A stretch of DNA of 64,000 bases, from assembly GCA_965277805.1 (NCBI GenBank), contig OZ255842.1, positions 1,408,001 to 1,472,000 of the forward strand, given 5' to 3'. The first letter of the stretch is position 1, and the number at the start of each line of letters is the position of its first letter. The DNA is from Candidatus Lustribacter sp. (GTDB taxonomy: Bacteria; Vulcanimicrobiota; Vulcanimicrobiia; Vulcanimicrobiales; Vulcanimicrobiaceae). Below are positions 10,031 through 20,128 of this stretch, one piece after another. The notes beneath the pieces are model-generated. The model searched no databases. It had not been told where the DNA came from and worked only from the letters and a program-made list of their open reading frames with translations. Made by a program: the position numbers and the translations under genes.

Positions 10031-11439
10031 TGCGGACGACGACCGATATCGCGAGCGCCAAACAGCGGGCTTCAACGGCGCTGGAAATTGCCAAGGGCCT
10101 TGCGCTCAGTAACGACCGCCGTTTTTGGCAAGTCAAACTGGAGATTGCCGGCGCGGCCGGCGACGGCAAGGCGCTGGCGCTCTTCGCGAGCGACAATCCG
10201 GAGGGGATCGACGACGTCGTCGAGGGCCGCGCTGCGATGGCGCTCATCAACCCCTCGGTCGTGCTGACGCTGGCCTATCGCGGCACGGGTCCGTTCCGCA
10301 CACCGCAACCCGTTCGCGCGATCGCGGTCAACCCGTCCTATGATCTCTTTGCGTTCGTCGTGACGGCGGACACCGGCTTGACGAGCCTCGAAGACGCACG
10401 CGACAAGCGCTTTCCTCTGCGCATTTCGCTGCGCGGTCAGCGCAGCCACTCGATCCACTCCGTGCTCGACTGCGTCTTGGCTGCGGCCGGGTTTTCGGTG
10501 AAAGAACTCGAGAGCTGGGGCGGTTCGATCCATTACGAAACGGGTTTTGATTCGCCCACGAAATCGGGCTTCGATTCGCCGGCGCGATTGGAGATGGCCA
10601 AGGACGCCACGATCAATGCGATCTTCGATGAGGCCATCTGCCGCTGGCTCGACCCGGCGCTCGAGATGGGCATGAAAGCGCTGCCCCTCGGTTCGGCGAC
10701 CGTGCGCAACCTGGAAAAGATCGGCTTTCGCCGCAGCGTCCTCGATAAGGCGACGTATCCGCTGCTGGCCGGCGATGTCGAAACGATCGACTTCAGCGGC
10801 TTCGCGATCTTCGTTCGAGCCGATGCACCGGACGTGCTGGTGACCAGCATCTGCGCCGGCCTGGATCTGCGCCGCGCCGGCATTCCGTGGGAAGGCGCGG
10901 GCCCGCTCCCGATCGCGGACATGTGCCGCGATACGCCCGACGGCCCGCTCGACGTGCCGCTGCATCGGGCGGCGGAGCGCTACTGGCACGAGCACGGCTA
11001 CACGACCGAACCCCTGGATGCGAAGGGTCAAATTCATCCGCGCCGGGAGCCACCCGAACGTCCGCCCCGCATTCGCTCGATGTTGACGCTCGAGATCGCA
11101 TCGGAAATCCTAGCGCGCGCCGAGAGCGTTGCGACCGATGCGTTCTCGACGCGCATCCAGTTGCGGCAGCAAACGCAAGACTTCGACGTGTGGTTTGCGA
11201 CGATTCTGGCGGGCGAACCGCAGGCGTCGCTCGCCGCCGTCGCGGAAGGACGCGCCGATCTTGCAATCGTCGCCAAACCGTTTGCATCGGCGCTGCCCGT
11301 CCGCAGCATTGCGACGCTGGGCGATTGCGAACTGGTTTGCCGCTCGGAAACACCGGCCGACATCGTCGCGGCGTTCCGCGCGGCGGCGGAGGCCCGGAAA
11401 GCGCAACTCGACGTTCTTTGGAGAAACACGACGGCATGA
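10030..11439 (+). CDS. TAXI-like (PBP2-fold) protein, no signal peptide, with extra C-terminal partial repeat domain
   Basis: FVVTADTGLTSLED, IFVRADAPDVLV and the C-terminal TAXI-like VPLHRAAERYW motif. Confidence 0.6.
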   Translation: MRTTTDIASAKQRASTALEIAKGLALSNDRRFWQVKLEIAGAAGDGKALALFASDNPEGIDDVVEGRAAMALINPSVVLTLAYRGTGPFRTPQPVRAIAVNPSYDLFAFVVTADTGLTSLEDARDKRFPLRISLRGQRSHSIHSVLDCVLAAAGFSVKELESWGGSIHYETGFDSPTKSGFDSPARLEMAKDATINAIFDEAICRWLDPALEMGMKALPLGSATVRNLEKIGFRRSVLDKATYPLLAGDVETIDFSGFAIFVRADAPDVLVTSICAGLDLRRAGIPWEGAGPLPIADMCRDTPDGPLDVPLHRAAERYWHEHGYTTEPLDAKGQIHPRREPPERPPRIRSMLTLEIASEILARAESVATDAFSTRIQLRQQTQDFDVWFATILAGEPQASLAAVAEGRADLAIVAKPFASALPVRSIATLGDCELVCRSETPADIVAAFRAAAEARKAQLDVLWRNTTA

Positions 11440-12419
11440 GCACAGGAAACCTCGATCGCGGCAACTTCATCAAGCTCGGCGCGCTGGCGTCGCTGGGTGG
11501 GGTCGTCTCGGCATCGGGAGCGGCTGCGGCGCAAGATCTCAAGACGGTCAACGTGCTGGCGGTGCCGACCGACGGCGCTAAATCGCTTTTGTACGCACAG
11601 AAAGCCGGCATCTTCCGCAAACACGGAATCAACGCCAGCGTCGTCTCGATGGGCAGCGGCGCATCGATCTTTGCGGCCCTGGTGGGTGGGGCCGCCGACA
11701 TCGGGTCGGGCAGTTTGTTTCCGGTCTTTGCCGCGTACGCGCGCAATTTGCCGTTGCGGATCATCGCACCGGCGTCGTTATACACGAGCGGCAACGCCGA
11801 CGCGCTGCTGCTGGTGCAAAAGGATTCGCCGATCCGCTCGGGCCGCGACCTCAATGGCAAGACGATCGGAGTCGATGCGATCAAGGATCTGTATTCCGTC
11901 GCGACGCGCGCCTGGGTCGATCAGCACGGCGGTGACGGCAGTTCGATCAAGCCGGTCGAGCTGAAGCCGTCGGAGCAAGCCGGTGCGCTGGAGTCCGGAC
12001 GCATCGACGCGGCGGTGTTCAAGACGCCGTTCGTTACGATTGCGATGGATTCGGGAAAATTTCGTCTGTTGGGCAAGCCGCTCGACGCGATCGGCTCGCG
12101 CTTCCTCGTCTCGGGCTGGGTGGCATCGGTCGATTTCATCAACAAGAACCCGGCGGTCGTGAACGGCTTCGCGCAAGCGATGGCGGAAGCGGCGAAGTAT
12201 ACGAACGCGCATCAATCCGAAACGACCGACCTCGTCGCCGCATTCACCGGGCAAGACGCGGCCCAAATCGGTCACGGCGTGCGCTCGCTGACGGCCGAGT
12301 CGATCACGCTCGCCGACCTTCAACGGCCGATGGACTTCGCGGTGAAGTACGGCATCATGGACAAGAGCTTCGACGTGGAGGGACTGCTGGCGCCGAGCGT
12401 CCCGCTCGGCAAGCGCTAG
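11436..12419 (+). CDS. ABC substrate-binding protein, SsuA/NMT1 family
   Basis: Tat-like DRGNFIK leader; YAQKAGIF, DLNGKTIG, WVDQHGGD, GRIDAA. Confidence 0.85.
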   Translation: MSTGNLDRGNFIKLGALASLGGVVSASGAAAAQDLKTVNVLAVPTDGAKSLLYAQKAGIFRKHGINASVVSMGSGASIFAALVGGAADIGSGSLFPVFAAYARNLPLRIIAPASLYTSGNADALLLVQKDSPIRSGRDLNGKTIGVDAIKDLYSVATRAWVDQHGGDGSSIKPVELKPSEQAGALESGRIDAAVFKTPFVTIAMDSGKFRLLGKPLDAIGSRFLVSGWVASVDFINKNPAVVNGFAQAMAEAAKYTNAHQSETTDLVAAFTGQDAAQIGHGVRSLTAESITLADLQRPMDFAVKYGIMDKSFDVEGLLAPSVPLGKR

Positions 12420-12428
12420 GAGCGCGTT

Positions 12429-13238
12429 ATGGCCGCCAAGCTGAACCACATCGCGATCATCAGCGAGAACTATGCGGTCTCGGCGCTGTTCTATGAGTCG
12501 CTGTTCGGGTTGCGCACGGCGGCCGGGGCACCGGTGCAGCGCGCGGTCACGGTCGGTGACGGTTATGTCGGTCTCAACATCAATCCGCGCAAAGCGGGCC
12601 GGCCCGCGCGGCTGGACCACTTCGGCATCGAGGTCGACGACATCGAGACCGTGCTCGACCGGATGCGCGCGGCGTATCCCGAAGTCGAATGGCTCAAGCG
12701 GCCGCCGACGCGGCCGTTCGCCGCAACGACCACCCACGACCCGGCCGGCAACGTGTTCGACCTCTCACAGCGCCGCGGCGGCGCGCAAAAGTATCTCTAT
12801 GCGGAAGACAATCCGCTCACGAAGCGCCACATCACGCATCTCGGCTTGCGCACGCTCCACGCCGAGGCGACGGCGAACTTTTACGTGCAGATGTTCGACT
12901 TCTCGCTCGAACAGCGGCCGGACGATCCCAACTTCTACGTTTCCGACGGTCACGTGACGATCGTGCTCATGCCGTGGCACATCGGCGATTACGACGGCAC
13001 GGGCATCGTCTCGCCCGCACCCGATCACATCGGCTTTACCGTCGAGAACCTGGACACGTTCCGCAGCGATCTTGGCCGGATCGTCGGCGACAATCCGCGG
13101 CTGGCGCCGATTCCGTTCGGGCAAGGAAGCGAAGGCCGTGCGCGCCTCGATCTGGCGCAGCGCAGCTGTCCACTCTGCACCGAACACCTCACCGACGTCG
13201 ACGGGATCATCCTCTCTGTCGCAACGGCGGTTGCATGA
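12429..13238 (+). CDS. Two-domain VOC (glyoxalase/bleomycin resistance/dioxygenase) family protein
   Basis: LNHIAI, LDHFGIEVDD, DPAGNVFDL, ITHLGL, PDHIGFTV. Confidence 0.8.
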   Translation: MAAKLNHIAIISENYAVSALFYESLFGLRTAAGAPVQRAVTVGDGYVGLNINPRKAGRPARLDHFGIEVDDIETVLDRMRAAYPEVEWLKRPPTRPFAATTTHDPAGNVFDLSQRRGGAQKYLYAEDNPLTKRHITHLGLRTLHAEATANFYVQMFDFSLEQRPDDPNFYVSDGHVTIVLMPWHIGDYDGTGIVSPAPDHIGFTVENLDTFRSDLGRIVGDNPRLAPIPFGQGSEGRARLDLAQRSCPLCTEHLTDVDGIILSVATAVA

Positions 13239-14179
13239 TCGTGCGATGGCTCGGCTGTTCGCTGTTATCGCTCGTGCTGCTGACGGCCGGCGCAGCGCCC
13301 GGCACCGCGCAATCGCCGCTCGTGCTCCGTGTCGGACTCGTTGCCAACGACGATGCGGCGACACCGCTGCTCTATGCGCAAAGCGCGGGCCTGTTCGCAA
13401 AGGCCGGGCTCGACGTGCAGTTGCAGCTCCAGTCGAGCGGCGCCGCGGTGACGGCTGCGGTCATGGCGGGAACGTTCGACGTCGGCAAATCGAGCATCGT
13501 GCCGTTGATCAACGCGCATGCGCACGATCTGCCCGTTACGATCGTCGCGCCGGCCTCGGTTTGGAACGGTAAGGATAAGTTTGCGGCGCTGCTCGTTCGC
13601 GCCGATTCGCCGGTCAAGACGGGAAAAGATCTCGAAGGCAAGCTGATCGGCGTGCAATCGCTCAACGACATGAACCAGGTCGCGACCGACGCGTGGGTGA
13701 GCGCGCACGGCGGCGATCCCGCCACGCTGAAGTTCGTCGAGCTGCCGATGACCGCCGGCGTTGCGGCGCTGAAGAGCCGCCGGATCGATGCGGCCGCGTT
13801 CGTGGCGCCCGTCGTCGACGACGCGCTGGCCGACGGTCAGCTGCGGGCGCTGCCCGGCGCGTACGATGCGATCGCTCCGCAGTACTTGTTTGCTGCGTGG
13901 TTTTCTACCAAGGCGTGGGTGCACGAGCATCCCGACGCGGCGCGGCAGTTCGCGCGCATCCTGGCGGAAGCCGCGCAGTATACGAACACGCACCACGCGC
14001 AGACCGCGGCGATGGTGTCGCAGTTCACGTCGATCCCGCTCGATGTGATCGAGCACATGACGCGAACGCCGTCGGGAACGACGCTGAACGCATCGCTGCT
14101 TCAGCCCATCATCGATTCGGCGGTGAAATACAAGGTGCTCAGCCGCGGCTTTCCCGCGAGCGAGATGATCGGGGGCTAG
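13235..14179 (+). CDS. ABC substrate-binding protein, SsuA/NMT1 family
   Basis: Signal peptide; GLFAKAGLDV, DLEGKLIG, WVSAHGGD, RRIDAA. Confidence 0.87.
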   Translation: MIVRWLGCSLLSLVLLTAGAAPGTAQSPLVLRVGLVANDDAATPLLYAQSAGLFAKAGLDVQLQLQSSGAAVTAAVMAGTFDVGKSSIVPLINAHAHDLPVTIVAPASVWNGKDKFAALLVRADSPVKTGKDLEGKLIGVQSLNDMNQVATDAWVSAHGGDPATLKFVELPMTAGVAALKSRRIDAAAFVAPVVDDALADGQLRALPGAYDAIAPQYLFAAWFSTKAWVHEHPDAARQFARILAEAAQYTNTHHAQTAAMVSQFTSIPLDVIEHMTRTPSGTTLNASLLQPIIDSAVKYKVLSRGFPASEMIGG

Positions 14180-14721
14180 GCGTCCGGTACCGGCCGGCGC
14201 GAGCCCTGAATCGCCGGCCGCTTCCAGGTGTCGTAGCGGATCGCATCGATGTCGACGGCCGTTCCGTGGCCGGCCGCCGGGCCGCGCGGGAACGTGGCGG
14301 CATCGGGAAATCCCTCCGGGCAATAGAGTTCGAACACGTTGCCCGACGGATCGCGAAAGAACATCAGCGCTTCGACGCCGTAGCGCGTCCAGTAATTCGA
14401 CGACGGGACCCCGCACTGCGCGAGCCACGCTTTCATGCGCGCGAGTTCGTCCGGTCCGACTTTGAAACCGATGTGCGGATACTCCGTGCTTGGCTCCATG
14501 AACGTGGTGCCTTGCGCACCGAATCCGATTAGCGTGCCGCCGAGTCGCACTTCGGCGAAGATCGGCGTCTTGACGCGCAGCTCGCCGCCCAGCACGTCGA
14601 TGAAGAAGCAGAGTGCCTCGTCGAGATCGCGGCACGGGACGCTCACGTGATCGCAGGTCCGCAGCGGAACCGGCCCGAGCGGTGCGGCATCCGGCGAGCG
14701 TTGATCGAGTGCTGAGTTCAC
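14176..14721 (-). CDS. VOC family protein
   Basis: CDHVSVPCRDLDEA..FFIDVLG, YPHIGF, MFFRDPSGNVFEL; GTG start preceded by GGAGG. Confidence 0.82.
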   Translation of the reverse strand: MNSALDQRSPDAAPLGPVPLRTCDHVSVPCRDLDEALCFFIDVLGGELRVKTPIFAEVRLGGTLIGFGAQGTTFMEPSTEYPHIGFKVGPDELARMKAWLAQCGVPSSNYWTRYGVEALMFFRDPSGNVFELYCPEGFPDAATFPRGPAAGHGTAVDIDAIRYDTWKRPAIQGSRRPVPDA

Positions 14722-14827
14722 GGCATTTCCTCCGGCAGGCTGTCTCATCGATTGGCGTCCGCCGCGGAACACCCCTGGATTCGCCGAGGACAGGGGTTGG
14801 CGGCGCGCCGGAGCAAGTCCGCCGATC

Positions 14828-15778
14828 ATGATGATGACTCGCGCTCAGGCCTCGATCGCGCTCCTCGGCGCCGCATCACTGCTCGCGTTCCCGGCTCGCG
14901 CCCGCGCGCAAACGCTCGTTCCGATCCGTATCGCAACGCTGCCGATCGAATCGGCCGCCGAGGTCTTCTACGCCAAGGACATGGGGTTCTTCGCGAAAGC
15001 CGGACTCGACGCCGACATCCAGACGATGCAAGCCAGCGCAGCCATGGTGGCTGCGGCGGCATCGAACTCGATCGACATCGGCTACAGTCCGGTCGACTCG
15101 CTTGCCACGATCCATCAAAAGAATGTTCCCGTTGTGATGATTGCGCCGGCGAACGAATACGTCTCTCCATCGCGCAATGCAGGCCTCGTGTTGGCAGTGA
15201 ATTCAACGGTGAAGCAAGCCAAAGACCTCAACGGAAAGATCATCGCGGTCTCTAACCTGCACAGTATTTCGGAGACGACGGCGCGCGCTTGGATGGACAA
15301 GAACGGCGGCGATTCCTCGACGGCCAAGTTTGTCGAAATCCCGTTTCCGGCGATGCTTCCGGCTCTGCAAACCGGACACGTTGACGCCGCCTGGGATGCG
15401 GAGCCGTTCCTTACCGCTGCGACGAAGGACAGCCGTGCGATCGAATACGGTTTCGACGCGATCGCAAAGCGGTTTTTGATCGGCGGGTGGTTCACGACGC
15501 CCCAATGGGCGAACGAGCATCGGGATACGGTCGCGCGTTTTGCGGCAGCCATGCACGAAACCGCGACCTGGGCGAATAAGAACGCCGCGCAGAGCGCACC
15601 GATCGTCGCAAAATACACGAAGATGGATCCGGCCATCCTCGCGACGATGACGCGTTCCGTTTACGGTGAGTCACTCACCGCGGCCTCGATGCAGCCGTTG
15701 ATCGATATCTCGGCCAAGTACAACGGGTACGCGACCTTTCCGGCGCAAGAACTGATTTACACCGTGCCCAAAGCATGA
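14828..15778 (+). CDS. ABC substrate-binding protein, SsuA/NMT1 family
   Basis: Signal peptide; GFFAKAGLD, DLNGKII, WMDKNGGD; close paralog of 24759-25706. Confidence 0.87.
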   Translation: MMMTRAQASIALLGAASLLAFPARARAQTLVPIRIATLPIESAAEVFYAKDMGFFAKAGLDADIQTMQASAAMVAAAASNSIDIGYSPVDSLATIHQKNVPVVMIAPANEYVSPSRNAGLVLAVNSTVKQAKDLNGKIIAVSNLHSISETTARAWMDKNGGDSSTAKFVEIPFPAMLPALQTGHVDAAWDAEPFLTAATKDSRAIEYGFDAIAKRFLIGGWFTTPQWANEHRDTVARFAAAMHETATWANKNAAQSAPIVAKYTKMDPAILATMTRSVYGESLTAASMQPLIDISAKYNGYATFPAQELIYTVPKA

Positions 15779-16959
15779 CGACGCGTACAGTTGCCGTCGT
15801 CGGGGCCGGCCTCGGCGGTTTAACGGCTGCTCTGGCGCTGATCGGCCGCGGATTCGACGTGACGGTCTTCGAACAGTCGAGCGAGTTGCGTGAAGTCGGC
15901 GCGGGCGTGCAGCTCGGTCCCAACGCAATGCGCGTTTATGCGGCACTGGGCTTGGATCGCGCCATTGCCGATCTCTCGTTCGTTCCCGAAGCACACGTGG
16001 TGCGCAACGGCAAGACCGGCGCCACCATCGCGACGACGCAGATGAAGGGCGTGTACGAGGCGCAGTACGGAATCGGCTACCATACCCTGTTGCGCGCCGA
16101 CCTGCAGAGCTTGCTCGCTTCGCGGCTGCCGGCCGGCGTCTTGCAGCTCGGGAAGAAGACGAGCAGCGTCGCCGGCGGCGCCGCGGAGGCCACGCTGCAT
16201 TTCGAGGACGGTTCCTCCATCGAGAGCGATGTCGTGGTGGGTGCGGACGGCATCCATTCCGCGATTCGCGAGCATTTGCTGGGCAAGGATTCGCCGCGCT
16301 TCACCGGCACGGTCGCGTATCGCGGTGTCGCCAGGGCCGAAGCGCTGCCGAAAGGTCTGCTCACCGGCGACGTTTCGGTCTACATCGGTCCGCACGCGAG
16401 CTTCGTGTACTATTTCATCCGCCGAGGCGAACTCGTGAATTGGGTTGCGCTGGCGGAGGAGACGTCGTGGCAGCAAGAGTCATGGAGCGCGGAGGCCGAT
16501 GAGACCGACGTCTTGCGACTCTACGAGGGCTGGTGTCCGGTCGTCGCCGAGCTCGTGTCGAAAACGGACCGCTGTTATAAATGGGCTCTCTTCGATCGTG
16601 ACCCGCTCGCGCGCTGGGTCGATGGCCGCATCGCGCTGCTCGGCGACGCGGCGCACCCCATGATGCCCTATCTCGCGCAGGGCGGCTGCATGGCGATCGA
16701 AGACGGCTACGTCTTGGCGAACGAACTGGCGAAAGGGCGTGATGACCCGGCGCGAGCGCTGCGCCGCTATCAGACCCTGCGGTTACCCCGGGCGTCGCGC
16801 GTTCAACTGATGTCGCGCAAAGTCGCCCGCGTCAACCAGACCCCATCGCTCGCGGCGCGGATTGCGCGCGATCTTCGTCTGGCGCTGCAAAAGATGCTCA
16901 ATCCGCGGCAGCACGCCTACAAGATCGAATGGATCTACGGCTTCGACGTCACGCGGTGA
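15775..16959 (+). CDS. FAD-dependent monooxygenase (salicylate hydroxylase / 6-hydroxynicotinate 3-monooxygenase-like, group A)
   Basis: GAGLGG Rossmann motif, VGADGIHSAIR (DG motif), LLGDAAHPMMPYLAQGGCMAIED (GD motif). Confidence 0.92.
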   Translation: MTTRTVAVVGAGLGGLTAALALIGRGFDVTVFEQSSELREVGAGVQLGPNAMRVYAALGLDRAIADLSFVPEAHVVRNGKTGATIATTQMKGVYEAQYGIGYHTLLRADLQSLLASRLPAGVLQLGKKTSSVAGGAAEATLHFEDGSSIESDVVVGADGIHSAIREHLLGKDSPRFTGTVAYRGVARAEALPKGLLTGDVSVYIGPHASFVYYFIRRGELVNWVALAEETSWQQESWSAEADETDVLRLYEGWCPVVAELVSKTDRCYKWALFDRDPLARWVDGRIALLGDAAHPMMPYLAQGGCMAIEDGYVLANELAKGRDDPARALRRYQTLRLPRASRVQLMSRKVARVNQTPSLAARIARDLRLALQKMLNPRQHAYKIEWIYGFDVTR

Positions 16960-17033
16960 CCGGCGTCATGCCAGGAAAGCGCTGCTTTCTCGACGATGTG
17001 ACCATGTAGGTTTCTTACGGGGAGGTGGGCTTC

Positions 17034-17465
17034 GTGAAGTGCTCGCACGCGCTGCCGATGGCGGCGATCCTGGTGGTTGCTATCGCAGCAGGCCTACGTC
17101 CGCTGCAGGCGCAGACGGCCGATCCGCGTTCCGCGCCGGGGGGCTACACCGTCGCGCAAGCCGCCGCCGGTGCGAAGCTCTACGATGCCAATTGCAGTGC
17201 CTGCCATGGGGCGAACATGCACGGCCCCGCGGGGCCGGCGCTCATCGGCGATGCGTTTACCTCGCAGTTTACGAACGAGCCCGTGAGCGACATGTACGGC
17301 TTGATGTCGAAAAACATGCCGCTCGGCAGTCCCGGCAGTCTGAAGCCGGCCGAATACCTGGCAATAACCGCCTATATTTTGCAACGCAACAAGTATCCGG
17401 CCGGTTCGGCGCCGCTGACGCAAGCGAAGCTGAAGACCATCAAGATCCTCGCGCCCTCGAGCTAG
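17034..17465 (+). CDS. Monoheme cytochrome c, exported; start approximate (17025/17034)
   Basis: Signal peptide, CSACH heme motif, distal Met in KNMP. Confidence 0.88.
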   Translation: MKCSHALPMAAILVVAIAAGLRPLQAQTADPRSAPGGYTVAQAAAGAKLYDANCSACHGANMHGPAGPALIGDAFTSQFTNEPVSDMYGLMSKNMPLGSPGSLKPAEYLAITAYILQRNKYPAGSAPLTQAKLKTIKILAPSS

Positions 17466-17482
17466 CGCGCGGCGGTCCAGCG

Positions 17483-18496
17483 ATGGAATTATCGTCCGGC
17501 GATCGGATCCTCGTGACCGGCGGAACCGGGGTGATCGGCGCATGGGTGGTGCGCGAAGCGATCGACGCCGGCTTCGAGCCGATCGTGTTGACGCGCGGCG
17601 TTACGAAGGCCGGCGTGCCGCTGTTCGCTGACCGGCTCGACCGCATCACGTTCGTCGAAGGGGACATCACCGAACCGTGGACGATCGTCGGGGCCATGCA
17701 GCGTTTCGCGCCGGCCGGAATCATCCATATGGCGAGCGCAAAGCCGTGGCAGATCGAGCCCGAAAGCACGCCCTTTCCGAATCCGGTGCGCGGCTTGAAC
17801 AACATCGTCATGGGCACGGCCAACGTGCTCGAGGCGGCGAAGCAATTCCGCGTCAAGCGAGTCGTCTTTGCGGGTTCGAAGGCCTCCTACGACGCGTTCA
17901 GCGGCGAATACGGCTTTCCGACCTATCGCGCGGTGAGCGAACGCTATCCGAGCAATCCGGCCTCGATGTACGGTATCGGGAAGCGCGCGGCCGAACTCAC
18001 CGGGCAACTCTATCGGGACAAGCTGGGCGTCGATTTTGTCGGCGCGCGTTTCGCAAGCACGTACGGGCCGTTCAAACGCGGGGCCGGCGATCATCCGGCG
18101 GTGTGGCTGCGCCGCGCAGCAGAAGGCGAAAACTTCACGCTCACGTTCACGCCCGACGGCTACTCACGGCGCCGCGATGAGTATGTGTTCAACCAAGACG
18201 TCGCGCGGGGCATGATAAAGCTCTGCACGGCCGGGCATCCCGGCGAGTTGTTCTACAACCTGGGCACCGGCGTCGGCCATTCGCCCGAAGAACTGATCGA
18301 TTTGATCGCAACGCTCACCGGTACGCGTATCCCGGTGAAGATCGCCGAATCGCACGTACCACCCGCGTCAGGGATCGAAGCCTACGCGGGCGTCTATGAC
18401 GTCTCGGCGGCGCGCCGCGATCTGCAGTGGACGGCCGAGTACGATCTTACGGCCGGGTTCGCAAAGACGCTCGAAATGGAACGGGCCGGCAAATGA
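17483..18496 (+). CDS. NAD-dependent epimerase/dehydratase (extended SDR)
   Basis: ILVTGGTGVIG and catalytic YGIGK. Confidence 0.9.
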   Translation: MELSSGDRILVTGGTGVIGAWVVREAIDAGFEPIVLTRGVTKAGVPLFADRLDRITFVEGDITEPWTIVGAMQRFAPAGIIHMASAKPWQIEPESTPFPNPVRGLNNIVMGTANVLEAAKQFRVKRVVFAGSKASYDAFSGEYGFPTYRAVSERYPSNPASMYGIGKRAAELTGQLYRDKLGVDFVGARFASTYGPFKRGAGDHPAVWLRRAAEGENFTLTFTPDGYSRRRDEYVFNQDVARGMIKLCTAGHPGELFYNLGTGVGHSPEELIDLIATLTGTRIPVKIAESHVPPASGIEAYAGVYDVSAARRDLQWTAEYDLTAGFAKTLEMERAGK

Positions 18497-20109
18497 AGGT
18501 CGCACGCGTCGTCATGGAAACGATCCGCGATCTGGGCGCCAAACGGTTCTTTTGCCTGCCCGGCCGTGCGGTGTACCCGCTGCTTAACGAAATGGCGCGC
18601 ATCCCGGAACTGCGCTACGTCAATGCCCTGCACGAGTTTTCCCTGACGGCCGCCGCCGACGGGTACGCTCGCGCATCGGGTGAGGTCGCGTTTCTCGGTT
18701 TGTACATGAGCACCGGTGTGATGAACGCGAGCAGCGCGCTCTTCATGGCGCATCGTGACAAGATTCCGATGGTGGTCATCGCGACGCAGACGGAAAGCTG
18801 GGCTGTGAGCGCAAACGCGCGCGCTGAGTCGGCGGGCATCCTCGATCTCGTTCGTCCGGTAACGAAGTGGGCGTGGCAAGCCCCCACTGCCGAACGCGTC
18901 CAGGAAGCGCTCGTGCGCGCGTACGCCATCGCCACGACGCCGCCGTGTGGCCCCGCCTTCGTGGCGCTGCCGGTGGACTTCTTCGACGTCGACGTTCCGC
19001 ACGTGCCGGTTCCCGCCGGCGCGCGCGTTCGCGCCGCGACGATCGCCGGCGGCGGTCTCGAGGCACTGGCCGGCTGGCTCGCGGACGCGCAGCAGCCGGT
19101 GTTCATCATCGGCGGCGAGGCCGTGACGAGCGGCGCTGCCCCGGCCGCGCTGGAACTGGCCGAGCGACTGGACGCGAGCGTGGTCTCGGAGCCCGAACCG
19201 TCCTTCCTTCCGGCCGATACGCTGCATCCGAATTATTGCGGCGAGCTGACGCCGCGCTCGACCGTGTTCGCGGATGCGGATCTGGTTCTGCACATCGGCG
19301 TCAACACGCTCGAGCGCGAACACGCTCCGGTGCTGACGCAGGGACGCGCGAAGCGCCACGTCTACATCGGCACCGACGAGAAAAAGATTCATGAAGCGAT
19401 CACGTACGATGCCGCCGTGGTCGGCAGCATTCCGGCCACGGTTGCGGCCCTCGCCCTGACCGCCGGCACGCGTCCGGCCTCGTCTGCGGCCCGGCCGACA
19501 TGGAAGGCCGAGCGCGATCGCCTCGTGGTCGCTTCGGATGACGCGCTGCCGTTGACGATCCCGGTCATCGCGACGGCCTTGCGCGAGCAGCTGCCGGCCG
19601 AGGCCGTGATCGTCGAACACGCGACGACCGCGGCCAACCTCTTTCGCCGGACGTTTCACGTACCGTCGTCGCGGCACTACATCGCGGCGTCGGGCAGTAA
19701 TCAGGGCTGGGGTGGTGCCGCCGCGCCCGGCGTGAAGATGGCGCTATCCGACGTTCCGGTGGTGGCCGTCATCGGCGACGGCGGGTTCATGTTTTCACCG
19801 CAGACCATATACATGGCCGGTCAGTTCGACGCGCCGGTGATCTACGTGGTGCTCGACAACGGCGGCTGGGCGTCGATGGATTCGAGCGTGCGCAGCGGTG
19901 CGCCGGCGATCGGCGAACGCGGGATCGATCTCGGCTATAGCTGGTCGATCGACGTTGCTGGCGTAGCCGCCGCTCTCGGTGCCGAGACGGCCCGGGCGAC
20001 CACGCGAGCCGAATTCATCGCGGCGCTCCAGGCGGCGCTTGCAAGCGGCCGGACGACGTTCATCGGCGTTGCGTCGCGCCGCATCGGAGCCGGCCCCGCG
20101 CCGGCGTAA
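18493..20109 (+). CDS. Thiamine diphosphate-dependent enzyme (benzoylformate decarboxylase/acetolactate synthase-like)
   Basis: LHE...AADGYAR at N-terminus; ThDP motif GDGGFMF...VVLDNGG. Confidence 0.9.
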   Translation: MKVARVVMETIRDLGAKRFFCLPGRAVYPLLNEMARIPELRYVNALHEFSLTAAADGYARASGEVAFLGLYMSTGVMNASSALFMAHRDKIPMVVIATQTESWAVSANARAESAGILDLVRPVTKWAWQAPTAERVQEALVRAYAIATTPPCGPAFVALPVDFFDVDVPHVPVPAGARVRAATIAGGGLEALAGWLADAQQPVFIIGGEAVTSGAAPAALELAERLDASVVSEPEPSFLPADTLHPNYCGELTPRSTVFADADLVLHIGVNTLEREHAPVLTQGRAKRHVYIGTDEKKIHEAITYDAAVVGSIPATVAALALTAGTRPASSAARPTWKAERDRLVVASDDALPLTIPVIATALREQLPAEAVIVEHATTAANLFRRTFHVPSSRHYIAASGSNQGWGGAAAPGVKMALSDVPVVAVIGDGGFMFSPQTIYMAGQFDAPVIYVVLDNGGWASMDSSVRSGAPAIGERGIDLGYSWSIDVAGVAAALGAETARATTRAEFIAALQAALASGRTTFIGVASRRIGAGPAPA

Positions 20110-20128
20110 TCGCATCGATTCACGAAGG

